Assembly (NCBI RefSeq): GCF_018350175.1
Contig: NC_058373.1
Span: forward strand, 116,376,001 to 116,440,000
Origin: Felis catus
Lineage: Eukaryota
DNA: 64,000 nt
Direction of reading: 5' to 3'
Part shown: positions 37,891 to 51,447 of the stretch, one piece after another
How positions within the stretch are numbered: the stretch's first letter is position 1
Layout: every line of letters starts with the position of its first letter
Translations under genes and position numbers: made by a program
The notes under the pieces: generated by a model
Told to the model about the DNA's origin: nothing
Databases searched by the model: none
The model's input: only the letters and a program-made list of their open reading frames with translations

Positions 37891-40800
37891 CTGGCAGTGA
37901 TCCCGCACGAGAGGGACTGAACCCTGAGCCATAAGGCCCCTTTGAAATGGGACAGTCTGCATGTTGGTTTATGTGGAAGGGCTTTGGGAAGAATCAATGT
38001 GAGGCTGTAAGTATGTCGATTTTTCCGTGCCGTTTCCAGAAGGCTGGCCAAGTCTTGGGATGGGAGTTGGGTACTAAAAGCCAGGGGAGAGCAAACTGGC
38101 AGCCTGGGTTCTGACGTCACAGAAATGCCCTGCCGTTTTCAGCGGCACCTTTTGAGTCGAGAGCTTCTGTGTCTGCAAAGCGCGTTGATGGAAGGCACAG
38201 GCTCTTCCTGCCTAGGGTCCCAGCGGGCTGACTCCAGTGGGAGTCACCTCCCCGCCCCGCAGAGCCCAGGGCTTCCCTGGCTGTGCCCAGAGTCGCACAG
38301 GGAGGAGGGCGATGGTGGGGAGGGCCACTCAACGTGGTGTGCCCTCAAACATGAAATCTGACTCTGCGAAGCTGGTAAGAGATCAGTCTGCCCTGCCCTC
38401 CTGGTGCTTCTTGGACTGTGATCAAAGGAAACATTTTCTCCTACCTCTTTCAAAGCCTACCCTTCAGCTCCGACACTGAGAACGTGTTCCACTCTGTAGT
38501 GGTCCCTTTGGTAGGATTCTGCTCCAATGCGTAAGAATTGACCAAGTGCAGAAGGCCAATTTTGGCGGTGGGCTTCTGCCGCCAGTGCCCCCCTCAGGAG
38601 CCCCTGCTCTACTCCCCACCGTCCACACCCTCCGGTGTCTGCCTGCCTGTCTCCCATGCAGGGGAGACCATCTCCTTTGACTTGGGGAGGATAAAATGTT
38701 TTTGGTAGGGAAAACCAAAGATGAAGGGGATATCAGACATCCTTTTTTTTTTTTTTTTTTTTTTTTTAAGCTGGTCCTATAGACTGGTGGAGAACCCAGC
38801 CTGGGGGCAGGGGTGGGGAGGGAGGGCAGAGCCTTGGGGCTCAAGGAGATGGGTCAGGAAACCTGAACACAAGTGTAACTGCTCTTTGGGGCTCGAAAGA
38901 AGATGCATGGCTGGGGGGGGGGGGGTGTGGTGGGTAGGGTGAAAGGGCCCCAGCTCCCTCTGGTGCCCTGAGGTCCAGACAGATTAGGAACATCTGAACC
39001 CCCACCCCCAGCCATTGATATGCCCACTGGGGATACCGGCAGGGGAGCAGGGCACCACAGAAAAACATTGGGAGCCCTTGGGAGGTAGGGGAGGGGAGAG
39101 GAAAAGCCCAGGCTGGTTTGAGAAGCAGTTAAGGAAGGAGAGTAACCAGAGTGGAACACAGATTTGGTTTCATTAGGGTTTTGTTGTTGTTGTTGTTGGG
39201 GTTTTTTATGTGAGAGTGACAGAAGCGTGTTTACAGGCTGAGGAGGAACTCACAGAAAGGCAGAAGCTGAGCGATCAGGACAAGGGAGATCATTGATGGA
39301 TCAAAGATAGAGGGAGGGCAGGAAAACAGGAGGTGGGAGGGGAAAGGCAGGAGAGAGGTGGGGGCCCAGCGCTGGCCTTTATTCCACTACGATCTGGAAG
39401 GGAAGGTTGCTCACAGCCCCGTCTGCGGCCAGGGTCTTGGGGAAGTGGGAAATGGTCGCTTTGCGAGGCTGAGGGGCCTCTGGGCCCCCCGCCCCGGTGT
39501 AAGCCTCAGCTGGGAACAGGGGACACGAGGGGAGATGGCCGGAGAATCACAGGTGGGCCTGGAGAGTGTAGACATTCACCTACCCAGGCGGAGGGGCTGG
39601 GGGAGGCTGGTCTGAAGACCCAGGGCGCCCTGCTCTGGCTCTGTGCCTAAGGCTGTAAGGATAGGACATTGGGCACACTGGAAACTTCGGATTTCCACTG
39701 ACTGCTTGGTGGAGCCAGTGGAAACTCATTTGCCTGGCTGAGGAGCTGATGAAGGTGGGGAAAGCTGGCTAGAGACTCACCGCTGTTCTTGGGAAAAGCA
39801 GAGCCTGTTATCAACGGCACTACCCTCTGCCTGGAAGAGCAGATATTCAAGGCAAAGCAAATTGCCCACGGCCCATCAGATTGTTCCCTGGGGAGGCAGT
39901 GGCCAGTGGAAACAATGAGAATCCGGTGTTCAGGAGCCCAGCCTCACTCTGCCTCTGACAGCTGTGGGACTTTGTTGAGGTCATTGCAACCTCTGGCCTC
40001 GGTTTCCCCTTCTTCTCGGGGGGTATATTTCTGGCCAGCTGGGAGGGAGGGCAGCTCCACGTCATCTAGTGAGGGAGCAGCTTCAGAGCAGTTAGACCTT
40101 TCCAGAAAGTTCAGGAAGAGCGTCAAGAGCGAGGTTCTCCCCTCCTCTCCCCACCCCACTGGAAGCACAGATATCCCAGTCTGTGTCCCCATCACACGCA
40201 GCCTCCCGTCTGCCCCTTGTCGCATGCCCCAGCGCTTGCACGAGCTTCTGTTGCTGCTGTCCCCAGCCCGGCTCCCAGGGCCGCTCCCGAGCAGGCTGTG
40301 CTCGCTGGTGCGGTGGCTGCACCCAGCACAGAACCAGAGCGGCCCCGACTCACTGGCTGCAGGCAGCTTGTTCTCTGCCCCCTACGGAGACTGGGATTGA
40401 TTTAGCCTGTTTCCGTGGCAGCACCAGCTGCATCTGCTTCCCCAAGAGGCTGAGTGAGTCACGGCCACCCACGCTAACCCTTGGCACAGCACAGCCCCGC
40501 CAGGAGCACGGATAGTAAGTCAGCAAGAAGATGGCAGGGCACTTTGCACCGTCTGGTGGCTTCCTGCGCTGGGTCCCAGGTCTGGTGCAGATAGTGCACT
40601 GGGCGCAGGGCCCTGGGCGGGGCTCACCCACCCAGAAACCTGGCAGGTCTGCCCATGAGAGAAGTTAGAGAGCGGCTTCAACTGACTCCAGAGGGGCCCA
40701 TCTAGGCGGCAGTCAGCAGCTGCAAGGCCTTATGGGAGAGCACTGCAAGTTTTCGGACTCTCAGTCCAGTGCTCTTTCCACTACCCAATGACCCGCTTTC

Positions 40801-43676
40801 AAACGTGTTTTTCACGGCCACCTCTGCACCCAGATCGGCCCCAGGTTCCTTCTGGCTCCCATCCGGGGGCCTGCCTTGATGACACACATCTGCCCTTCCC
40901 TCTGGTCAGCAGCCCTCAGCCGGGACTCAGGCAAATTCTCAGCCCCCACCCCGGATGTACTGCAGCAGAAACTCCGGAGGTGAGGGCTGACAGTCTGTGT
41001 TCGCACCGGCCCTCCAGGTGGTGCAGATGCCCCCCCCGATCACCCCTGGTCTAAGGAATGGGTCTGAAGCAGTGTCTTCCTGACCCCGGGAGGAAGGGAG
41101 CGTTTTGGTCCCTATCTCTGTCCTCAGAGCACAGCTGCAAGGGTCTCTCGGTTTTGTTTGAGCCACACTGGGGGGCTTGGGTAGGCGAAGACCCCAATGG
41201 CTCCAACTCTGGGGTCCTAGAGTTTTCCTAAATCATGTCCTTCCTCTAGATGGTTTGTGTCCCATGGTGAGAAACTGGTGCTTTTTTTCCTTTGTGGAAA
41301 AGGGCAGCACTACCTTCCTCACCGGGCAGAGGACCTCGTGGGGAGAAGGGAACCCACCCATTGGAAATGAACAACCCTGCCCTGGTGGCCAGGCCCAGGA
41401 CCCGCAGAAGTACTTTCCCGAAGAGCTGAGGGATTCCAGCTGAGGCAAAAGCCCAAAAATACTTACCGATGTGCGTTACTTTTTGGTCTATCAGCCGCCC
41501 CCCCCCTTTTTTTTTAATAATTTCTGATCACCTCTGTGCCGGCCCCAATAAAGGACCCAGTGGCCTGAACTTCAAAGAGCTTACAGGAGGGTGGGAGCAT
41601 TAGAATAGTTTAGGCCATGCCCAGGGAGCAAAAACCCCCAAAGTCTCAGTGTCTTAACATAACAAAGGCTTATCCTGCAAATGATTCCTATGAAGGTCTG
41701 CTCTCCTCCACAGAAGCGCTCAGGGGCTCGGACTTCTGGCTACCTTGGTCACTGCAGCAGGAGGAGAAAAAGCTGGAAGGGGGGTCAAGCACCCACCCAG
41801 AAGTGAATCCCGGCACTTCTGGCATCTCACCGAACAGAATTAGTCACGTGGCCCTGCCTAACCTCAAGGAGGTGCATGCAGGAAGCATATGCAGAAAGGA
41901 GAGAAAAATGGATAGAGTCTGACATTATGAGACGTAAGTACATGGAGAAAGACCGCTCATTTATTCATTTGCTTACTCTTCAATCAATCTTGACAGACTG
42001 TTTACCACACATCAGGCATCTGGCCAGACCCTGGGGATAGCGTGTCCCCAGGGCAGCTGGTCTCCCGCAATCCAGGGAGTGCCATTAACATTGTATTCTG
42101 CAGGAATAGCTTCCCCCCCCCCAGTGGTGTGACGCAGGACCCCTGCTTTGATTCTCTTTGTTTGTGTTCTGTCATTATTATCTGTCTTCCACACCAGAAA
42201 GAAAACTCTGAGAGCAGGGATTTTTATCTGAGTTGCTCGCTGCTCCATTTCTAGAGCTGAACACAGTGCCTAGGGGGGCTTGGTCAGTACTCGTTAAGTA
42301 AATGATTCAACATGGATCATTATTAACTGTTTCCCACCAATCCCTGCCTTCGAGGAGCTTACGATCTGTGTCAAGAGTGGTATAAACAATTGACTAAAGT
42401 ATAAAAAGAAGTTTCAGGGCAGATCGAGTGAAACACGTGTCAGGTAAAAGCTGGGCTATATAGCTTGGGGACACAGAGAGGCAAAAGGTCATTTGCAGCA
42501 CAGGTGAGGTCGGGGAAGCTGGCAGATGAAAAACAAAGGTGCAGGGAGGCCAAGGGGCCCGACAGAGGGTGGGATGCAAAGCGGGTGGGAGGACCCTGCC
42601 ATACCTCTTGGTCTGGGGTTTTCTCTTCTCCCCACATTAGTAACTGGAATCTTTATGCAGCAGTTCGGTTTTCCAGTAGCCTCCGTGTGGAACCACAGCT
42701 TCTCAGGAAGGCTCCAAGCCCCCCAGGCTCAGAACTTGGTTCGCTTTAGGAGTTTCCTGCCCATCTGCCAGGAGAGGGGGGATCATCTAGCCCTCCCTGC
42801 CCTGCTCTGCCTCAAAGCACTTTCCCCCACGCCTGCTGCCCAGACAGCCTCCCAGAGGCAGTAGCCAGCCAGAGGGGCATCTGCGGAGAGGCTGGGAAGG
42901 CTCCACCTCAGCCAGGCTGGCCAGAGGATGGTTGAGCCAGAACCTTCCCTGCAGGCGAGAATGGGGTTCATTGTTTTCACTTAAGCTCGCAGTGAAAACA
43001 GTGACAGAAGCTTCCCATCTGGCTTCCAAAGCGCTTTTGAAACCATTCTACCTACGGCAAGTCCATTAATTTTGCAGGGGCTCTAAAGACAGGGCACTTT
43101 CCTCCATTCAGGCTTTGTCACTCCATCCCCACGGCTGTCTCCCTCCTGCTTCTCTGCCCTTTCCTCTCTCGCCTGCCCTCCTTCCCTCCTGCAAACCTCT
43201 CCCTGACCAGCAGGCAAGCATTGCCCGAGGGCCTGCTCTACATCAGGCCCCCGCTTGGTGTTGGAGATTCTTGGAGGAGCAGGACGAAGGCAGAACGTCA
43301 GGGGAACTTCCTGTGAAATGGCTGTGGCCCAACCACCACACCTGCCCGTGATGCCTGCTTTCACCTGTTCCACCTTCTGCCCGCGCCCTCTCACAAAACA
43401 CCTGCCTTCCTCGGATTCCCCACGCGCACCACGCAGTGAGCCAAGAGTTCGCGTGCATTCTTTCCTTTCGTTTTTCACATCAGGGAGATTCTATTCGTAT
43501 GGCCATTTCCTAGATAGGGAGATTAAGGCTCAAAAGGTTATAGAAACTGTCCAAGGTCCCACAGCTAAGAAATGCCCAGCTGGGGTCCCTCCCAGTTTCT
43601 TACTGTGCCGCGCTGTCTCCACCAAAACTCGGCAGTTGACCATCTACGCTCAGAACAGAGAAATGGCTAGAACTTT

Positions 43677-43887
43677 TTTTTTTTCAACGTTTATTTATTT
43701 TGGGGACAGAGAGAGACAGAGCATGAACGGGGGAGGGGCAGAGAGAGAGGGAGACACAGAATTGGAAACAGGCTCCAGGCTCCGAGCCATCAGCCCAGAG
43801 CCGGACGCGGGGCTCGAACTCCCGGACCGCGAGATCGCGACCTGGCTGAAGTCGGACGTTCAACCGACTGCGCCACCCAGGCGCCCC
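43677..43887 (-). mobile_element. Young SINEC_Fc-like SINE with perfect 18-bp TSD
   Basis: CpG-rich copy; agaaatggctagaacttt at 43659-43676 and 43888-43905. Confidence 0.97.
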
Positions 43888-44205
43888 AGAAATGGCTAGA
43901 ACTTTAGCACTGTCGCCACCACCCCTTCCTTTTGAGAGTTAGCTTAAAAAAAAAAAAAAGTCTAGTGATTTTTTTTTTTCCCCTAAAGACCAGGGATTAG
44001 AGATCAATGTCTCCTCATATCCCTGGCGTTTTAAAACCTGGATGTTTTGACCATTTCTCTACCCCCTAGACAGTAGGAGAAGCCTTTCTGACCCTGCCAC
44101 TTTAGCTTTCTGGTCCGACACAAGAGCTGTGGCCTCTGCCTCAGAACTCATTCCTGGAGTTCCAGAAACTGCACGGGGCCTGGGCTGTCTTTTCACATCT
44201 TCGTT

Positions 44206-44239
44206 GGGGGGGGGGGGGGGGGGGGGGGGCGGGGGGCGG
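44206..44239 (+). repeat. Poly-G tract (G-quadruplex capable)
   Basis: 24 consecutive G, then cggggggcgg. Confidence 0.9.
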
Positions 44240-45972
44240 TTCGATGGTCTGAGAAGTGACTGGCACTGCTGGTCTACTGGCAGCCTTCACTTGTGTCCTC
44301 TTTTCACCCCATCGTCCCCTGGGAAGGGCAGGAAGTGGCAAAGACCCCCATGGAGGTTTCTGAAGGGTCGCCTCTGGGCAAACGGGAAACCCTGGAGGGC
44401 CGACTACCGGTTGCTGTGTGATTTGTACGTTGCATGTGGTCTTCAAGCATTCTCATAAACTAGCCAAATATCTACAGCTGGGTCCACAGCAAGATTTAGT
44501 TATTGTGGTGTTTGAGGCTGTCAAGTCTTGATTTGATTTTGGGGGTCATATTTCACCACACTCACCCGCTCCAGCCAGCTCCAAGTCCCTACCCCAGAAG
44601 TATGGGGAGAAGAGGAAGTTGGGGGGGGGGGGAAGGGGGGGAGTAACGACTCCCCAGGTGGTCTTTTCGTGTCACCCAGCTCTCCCAGACAGTTTTGGTG
44701 CTGACTGCCTCCGGGAACACTGACTCTCCCCCCTTTCTTCTCATTTCACTCCTCCATCAGTACTCTGCAAAACCTTCACACTGAGCTTTGTCTCGAAGAT
44801 AGCCTTCGGAGCAGTAATCAGGCCTCCATTAACTACAGCAGGAAGGGGGACAGCTGTGGAACTAAAGGCATGCATCTGGGGATCCAGGAAGCATTGGGGA
44901 ACCCACCAGCACCTGGTAAAGCTTGGGACCCGGGCCAGGTCCAGAGTAAGGACCCCAGCACCTAAGGAGTCCGGTTCTAGAAAGACTGAGTTACTGAGGC
45001 AGGCTACCAAAGTGGGGACTCATGTGGTACAGGGTGAAGAACATTACCCAGCTTTAGCAGTCCAGGCAGGGATTTGTTATCACATCCATGGCTTGTTTTC
45101 TAGAGCTGAGGCTTAATAATATCTGAGTCCCAGAAGCAAGAGTAACTCTATGCTAAGTGGCAGGAAATTAAAATTGAGCCATTGACGTCTCTCCAGCTAA
45201 AGTCAGGCACACCAGACCCATAATTTTGTCCGCCCACCTCCCCCCATCCCACCCCACCCCCAGGTGGTGAACCCTCTGCCCAGTTACCTTCCCCCCCGAC
45301 CCCACCTAAACATGGCTTCTACAGAATCATCAACTGTTTTGTATAACATAACCAGTTTTTCCCCCTTGGCCCCAGTTAACCAGTCCAAGGGGAACATCTG
45401 ACCAAAGATAGGCCGACGAGGGCCCTTCCTCGAGATATTTAACTTGGGAAGCATGGTGACTTCAGTAGACCCCATCAATGCCCAGTACATATACCCTCAC
45501 CTTTACTCTCTGTTCTGACTTCATATGATGAATTTTCTTTAATGGATTCTCTTCTGCAATCCATTGGCCAAGAGATTCTCCGAATGGGTAATGTGCCATT
45601 GGTAACCTGATGTGCTGCTTTTTCACTTAGGCCCAAAAGCCAAAAGATCAAGAATTTTGTCGTTTTATTCATTGGGTTTCACACAGCTTCTTTTGGAGCG
45701 GCTTCATTTTGAAGCCAAAGGGTTCCTTTCAACACTACAGCTCTCTCCCCAGCCTCCAGAATCTTTCCTGAATCCAGAACAGCTGAGTGGCCCTTTTTAT
45801 ATCAGATACTGGGCCAAACCTTCCCTGATTTCAGTTAAACTCCTTAAGCTAGGAATTAGGTGAACATAGAGTAAGCTGTCTTTTTAAAGAAACAGACTGA
45901 TTCTGACCTAGAACCATATTTAGCTATTTTTGTGCCGTGCGCTTATTTAGTAGATTGTAAACTTCTGTTACT

Positions 45973-46133
45973 ATTTTGTTAGTTTGAGAGAGAGAGTGTG
46001 TGCAAGTTGGGGGGTGGGGTAGAATGAGAAAGAATCTTAAGCAGGCTCCATGCTCCGTGAAGATCCCTGGGATCATGACCTGAGCTGAAATCAAGAGTTG
46101 GACGCTCAATCGACTGAGCCACCCAGGCATCCC
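45973..46133 (-). mobile_element. CAN-SINE (older, partial)
   Basis: gatcatgacctgagctgaaatcaagag..gagccacccaggcatccc. Confidence 0.88.
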
Positions 46134-46365
46134 TGTAAACTTTTGGAGAAGTGTTGGGTATCTTTGTTTCCCTTGGCTCCTAACACTTAGTCAATATTCA
46201 ATAAATCTGAGTTCAATACATAAATGAATCATTCAATCACATTCCTTATGTTAAATATAAAATTCATGATTCAAGTATCATTAATCAAATAGATAAACCC
46301 ATAGGATACATTTTAAAGTGTACTGTTATATATACTAGAATGGTTTTAAAATAGACTCCAATATT

Positions 46366-46488
46366 GGGGCGCCTGGATGCTTCAGTCGGTTAAGCGTCTG
46401 ACTCTTGATCTCAGCTCAGGTCATGGTCTCACAGTTTGTGGGGTTGAGTCCCCGTGAGGCTCTGCACTGAGAGCGTGGAGTCTGCTTG

Positions 46489-46542
<54 letters not shown>

Positions 46543-46620
46543 TCCCCCCCCCCTCCCCCGCCCCCCGCTCCTGTGCATGCACTCTTGCTTGAAAATAAAT
46601 ACTGGAAGAAATAAAAATTA
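46366..46620 (+). mobile_element. CAN-SINE with expanded (CT)n
   Basis: Head, (CT)n 46492-46537, degenerate TSD aaatagac(t)ccaat. Confidence 0.92.
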
Positions 46621-46767
46621 AATAGACCCAATGTTAATAAAATTGAGCAAAACAAATTGGTACTTTTACATATAGCACAGGGGCACAGAAATTCCTACCG
46701 CCTTGAAGGTGAGAGGAAATTGGAGGGCCCAGGCGAGAAAAAATATGCTATAAATTTATACCTTTGA

Positions 46768-46955
46768 GGGGCACCTGGGTCGCTCAGTCGTTTAAGCCAC
46801 CGACTCTTGATTTCAGTTCAGGTCATGATCTCACCGTCATGAGATCGAGCCCCGCATCGGGTTCCAAGCTGAGCATGGACATAGAGCCTGCTTAAGATTC
46901 TCTCTCTCCCTCACCCTCTGCCCCTTCTCTGCTTGTGCTCTCTCATGAATTAATT
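46768..46955 (+). mobile_element. CAN-SINE
   Basis: ggggcacctgggtcgctcagtcg... Confidence 0.9.
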
Positions 46956-47869
46956 AACACCTTGATTCTACTTGTAGGCTGGTGACCTGGGTGAGGTGCA
47001 TGCACATGTATGGATGAACACATAGGATTCTGGGCAGCTCAGTGGAAGCACAGAGGTGAGGAGAGACCCTTTGCTCCTGACTGCCTCTCCATGCCTCAAG
47101 GGTTCCCAACTGTACCCTGCTTTAGAATAGGTCAGACTGCTAGAGGATACTGTTTTTCTGGCCCGCCCAGCACCTATTCCCCCCCACTTCTGGTAACAGC
47201 ACCCTGATTTTCTGCTGGGGAGCCACTCTTCCTCTACTGTCCATGCTGGTGACTCTTGCTCTGGAAGTGGACACATGTCCCTGTCCTGGCCAAACGGTGG
47301 GTTCCATCTCCCTGGCCACAGTGTTGACTTAAGAGGAGCCCTACCAGTCAGCTCAGGCTAGGTGGCTGGGATAGAGCAAAGAGGGACTCTTTCCCACAGG
47401 CTGAGCCCAGAGATTTGGGGTGAAGTGGGGAGAGGAGGGGCACTGAATGGGGAGTTGGTGCCTGAGAATAAAACCGACCCGGGGTGGTCAGTTTAAACGG
47501 CTCAAATTCTACTCAGTTGAGCGCCCAAGCCGAGAACCTCCCTATTTTCTCAAGCCAGATTGAGTGGGTTCTTAATGCAACAGAGAATCCCATGGATGAA
47601 TACAACTGCTGATGGTCCTGGCAATCAGAGCGGGGAACGAAGGGAGAGAGGGCCCTGCCAGAGTCACGTCACTGTGGTGCCAACCTGGACGGGCTCCACT
47701 TCCGTGCCTTCCCCATTCTCTCCCCTGACGGCATCTCACACACAGGCAATAGTCCTTGAGAGGCTGCCTGCAAATCCCAACAGCCCCGAGGGCCCCTGGC
47801 TTCCCTCTCCCCTTCCTGCAAAGGCACCAGTGGAGCCGGCGGGGAAGGGGTGGGTTTCCTGTGAGGGCA

Positions 47870-48330
47870 CTTAAATGCGTTCAGAGCCATTTTTAGACTT
47901 TTTATTCTATAGACCAGAAAATTGCCGAAATTAGGAGACGTTTGAAGTGGCTGTTCATCAAGCCCAGAAGCGATTTCTGCTGCCGCTATATTTAAAAGCC
48001 CAGCAGCAGGTTGTTTGGGCTTATGTCTTGCTGTTATGTAATAAACATAATGTTAAGCTTTGGAAGCCCCGCGCGATGGTTGAGAAGAAGGGAAACAGCA
48101 GCCTCACGGCAACGCGTGCCCTGGAAATGCTTTGCAGAGGCTGGGGAGAAGGCAATAGAGCTTTCCGTGTTAAATAGTGTTAAAAATAACAGCGTGTGCA
48201 CCGCAGATCTTAATTACTATGTAAATTCCCAAAGGAAACAGTAGAAAAGAAAAGAAAATGGAAAGGAAGTGGTGTATTAATGTAAGGGGGAAATGTAATC
48301 AACAACCAAATAGCTGTTTTTAACAGGACA
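47870..48330. promoter_or_regulatory. Candidate enhancer with two MEF2 consensus sites
   Basis: Non-repeat, AT-rich block with retained CpGs; CTATATTTAA 47986-47995 and TTAAAAATAA 48180-48189 fit YTAWWWWTAR. Confidence 0.35.
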
Positions 48331-48372
48331 AAGGAACTCAGGTGTGGGCTGATCTGTTGTAGGAAAGGAGAT

Positions 48373-48922
48373 TGTATTAGTTTTCTCTGCTGTGTAACAA
48401 ATGACGATTGGCCTCATGGGCTTGAGACAGTGCAGCTTTATTATCACACAGGTCCGTAGGCCAGACCTCCAGCCACCGAGTGGCCGTGTTCTCTACTCAG
48501 GGTCTCGGGAGGCTGAAATCAAGATGTCGGCGGAGGAGCCACATCTGAAGCATGGAGCCCTCTTCGGAGCTCATGTGGCTTTGGACAGAATTTAGGTGCC
48601 TTTGGTTGTAGGACTGAGGCTCCCATTTTCTTGTTGGTTGTCACTGGGCACTGCCCTCAGCTCCCAGAAGCCTCCCACGTCTCCTCACCATGTGGCCCCT
48701 TCTACAGGCTCTCTCACAACATCAGCTGTTAGCTACTTCAAGGCCCCAGCAAAACCACTCTCATGCTTCCAGTCTCTCTGACTTCTTCCATCTCTGACCT
48801 CTACACTGTCTTTTAAGGGGCTCACCTGATTAGGTCAGGCCCACCCATCTCCAGGAAGGAGCTACACAGGATGTACACCCTGCGGGGGCAGGAATCTGGG
48901 GGGCTATCATAGAATTCTACCT
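48373..48922 (-). mobile_element. MLT1E-like LTR
   Basis: tgtattagttttctctgctgtgtaacaaat..ggctgaaatcaagatgtcggc..gattaggtcaggcccaccc. Confidence 0.85.
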
Positions 48923-48981
48923 CAGTGATCAAACTTTTGCACAAAAGCAGAGCCACAAAACATGTAATCTTAATACACTTC

Positions 48982-49331
48982 TGTTATGGACTGAAAGTTT
49001 ATGTCCCACCAACGTGTAGTTTTGTGCCCCCATTGTGATGGTATTTGGAACAGGGGGCTTTCAGAAGGTGATTAGGTCTAGACAAGGTCATGAGGGTGAG
49101 GCCCCCACAGTGGGAATGGCATCCTTATGAGAAGAGGTGGAGAGGCCAGAGTTCTCTCCTTCCACCATGCAAAGACAGGGAGAAGACAGTCATCTTCAAG
49201 CCAGGAAGAGAGCTCTCACAAGGAACTGAATTAGCCAGCACCTTGATCTTGGACTTCCAACCTCCAGAATCATGAGACATAGATGTCAGTCTGTGGTATT
49301 TTGTTATAGCAGTCTGAGTTTGACTAAGACA
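48982..49331 (+). mobile_element. MLT1A-like solo LTR
   Basis: tgttatggactgaa...gttatagcagtctgagtttgactaagaca; near-TSD acttc/actac. Confidence 0.9.
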
Positions 49332-51447
49332 ACTACAATACTGAAGGTCCCATTACTTTACCTCAATATGAGCCTTCTAGAAAACAAGTTCTTCAGAGGC
49401 TGTGAAAACATCCAATATCTGGGGTTTTCCAATGAATGCGTCCTTCCCTGTACACCTCATGTGTTTATTCATTCAACACGTGAGCTCCTATTCTCTTGGC
49501 ATTGTGCTTGACCCCAGGACCGGGCTTCTTCTTCCCTCCCACCCACAGCAGAGGGCTGAACCACTCACTAAAATCTGATTTGCCATCTTGTAGGTTGTTT
49601 AGAATTCCTCTCATCTGGCTAAGAAGCTCCTGGCTCTATTCTGGGCTCTGGTGGGGGGGCGGGGCTTGACTCAAAGGAGGATTGAACCCAGCGATCTCAG
49701 CCCTAGAACAGAGCCCAGGAAAGGAGACCACCCCCAAGACCTCTTGCTCAGGGTCTTTCAGTCTCTTTTAGGCTCTTGTGATGAACCTTTCTCCACTCAC
49801 TGTTCTCCACTTCCCTGCCGAGCGGGAAAATGAGCCCCATGTGAAAGCAGTTTTGGGACTGGGAGTCCCGCCATATCCTTGTTCAGGTTAAATTCACTTA
49901 AGTAACTGAGAACAGACAAGAGTTAGATTTCCTAGGGCATTTCTTTATGCTGAGTGCTTAACCAGGAAGAATGTTAAACAGGCTACTGAGCTGAGGGCAA
50001 ATAGGTGTGACCAGTTCCCCAACCTCAGTCACAGAAGGGACTTGAGGGATTGGCCCTTGGGGGTCCCATGTGTCTCCACAACCTAGATCTGCATCTTCTA
50101 GAATTCTTTGCACAATAGCAGACCTATTGTGAAGACTTCCCTGATCCCCACCCTCATGCCCCAAGCCAGTAAGATGTTTACTTCCAGCACCAGAAGAAGG
50201 AGGGGTGTGGCAGAAATGGGAGACATGCTAACCATAACTAACCTAAGTCAGATTGCCGGGCTGGCCACTAACCAGAGCTCTGCCTTGCCCTCTGGGGACA
50301 ACATAAACACAAGGCTGGATCTCCACACAGTAGTCTGAAGGGTTAGAGCTCTGATTCCAAGCTAGCCATGCCCCCTCTGATGCTATTTTCTATTCCTCCC
50401 TTTGCAGAAGAGGTGCCTTGGTATAGACAACAAAAAGACCTCTCTACCACCTGTCAGAACTGAAGGGGGTAGCTTAATTTCTCTCAACTTCCATTTCCTC
50501 ATCTGAAAACATAGGGGTAATTATCCCTGGCTTACAGGATCGTTTTTGAGAACTAGAAATTATATACCTGGCATTGTGCTTGGAAAACTACCACCCCTTT
50601 AAGAAAGGGTTGCTCCTGCTGTTACTGTTATCTCTGGCTCTGGGTATATAGTTTTTATGGCTCTGCCTCCTCAGCTAGGTTGTGAGTTTGAGATCAAAGA
50701 TGACATCTTTACTGCTGCTGACAATTATAGTACCTGACAAAGAGGAGGTGCTCAGTCGGGGAATAAGTGTTGAGACTCTGGAATTTGAGCAAGGGGCAGC
50801 AGCCACTAGGAGCTAAGAGTCTCCTGCAGACAATAGGTCTGCAATTTTACTCTATTTTCTGGGTCAACGGTTCTCAAATTCTTTGTATTCAGGACACAGC
50901 CAAAGAAACAGACATATTCAGACACTTGTGAGTCAGCAATAATTGTAACTCTCTCTTTACTAGTGAAGAACAATGTCTCTCAATATCTGTGAAAGCGATC
51001 ATGTGGTCCCACCATTTATTGGGATGCCTCTGATTGACCCTGTGGTTGGGTAGCTTACTTCCCTGACCTCCCTCACTAATGTGCACAAGACTTCTCACAT
51101 GGTCAATTAACCACCATATTTCTTGGTCACTGGCTTGACAACACAACTTCCACTTTTTCACAGCACTGTAGGCGGTAGCTATGGTGGATTGGCCTGCCAG
51201 TCTCAGGCAGGCACTTCGCCATTGTCCTTGGAATTCTGGGATTGAACTTTACAATTTTTATTTGTCAACAATCCCGAAGGTCCTTGACATGTAACCATTT
51301 GTAAATCATTTCGCTAAGATGCCGATTTTTAAAAATTAGTTTATTATACAACTAACACATGAGTATATAAATACATATATACACCGCAGAATGCTCTTAC
51401 AATAGAGAAATACACAGAGGAAAAACCTGTAGATGTCTTCCTCTTTT

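Noticed and set aside
43255..43899. 214-aa ORF
   Set aside because: Runs through a MIR and an antisense SINE
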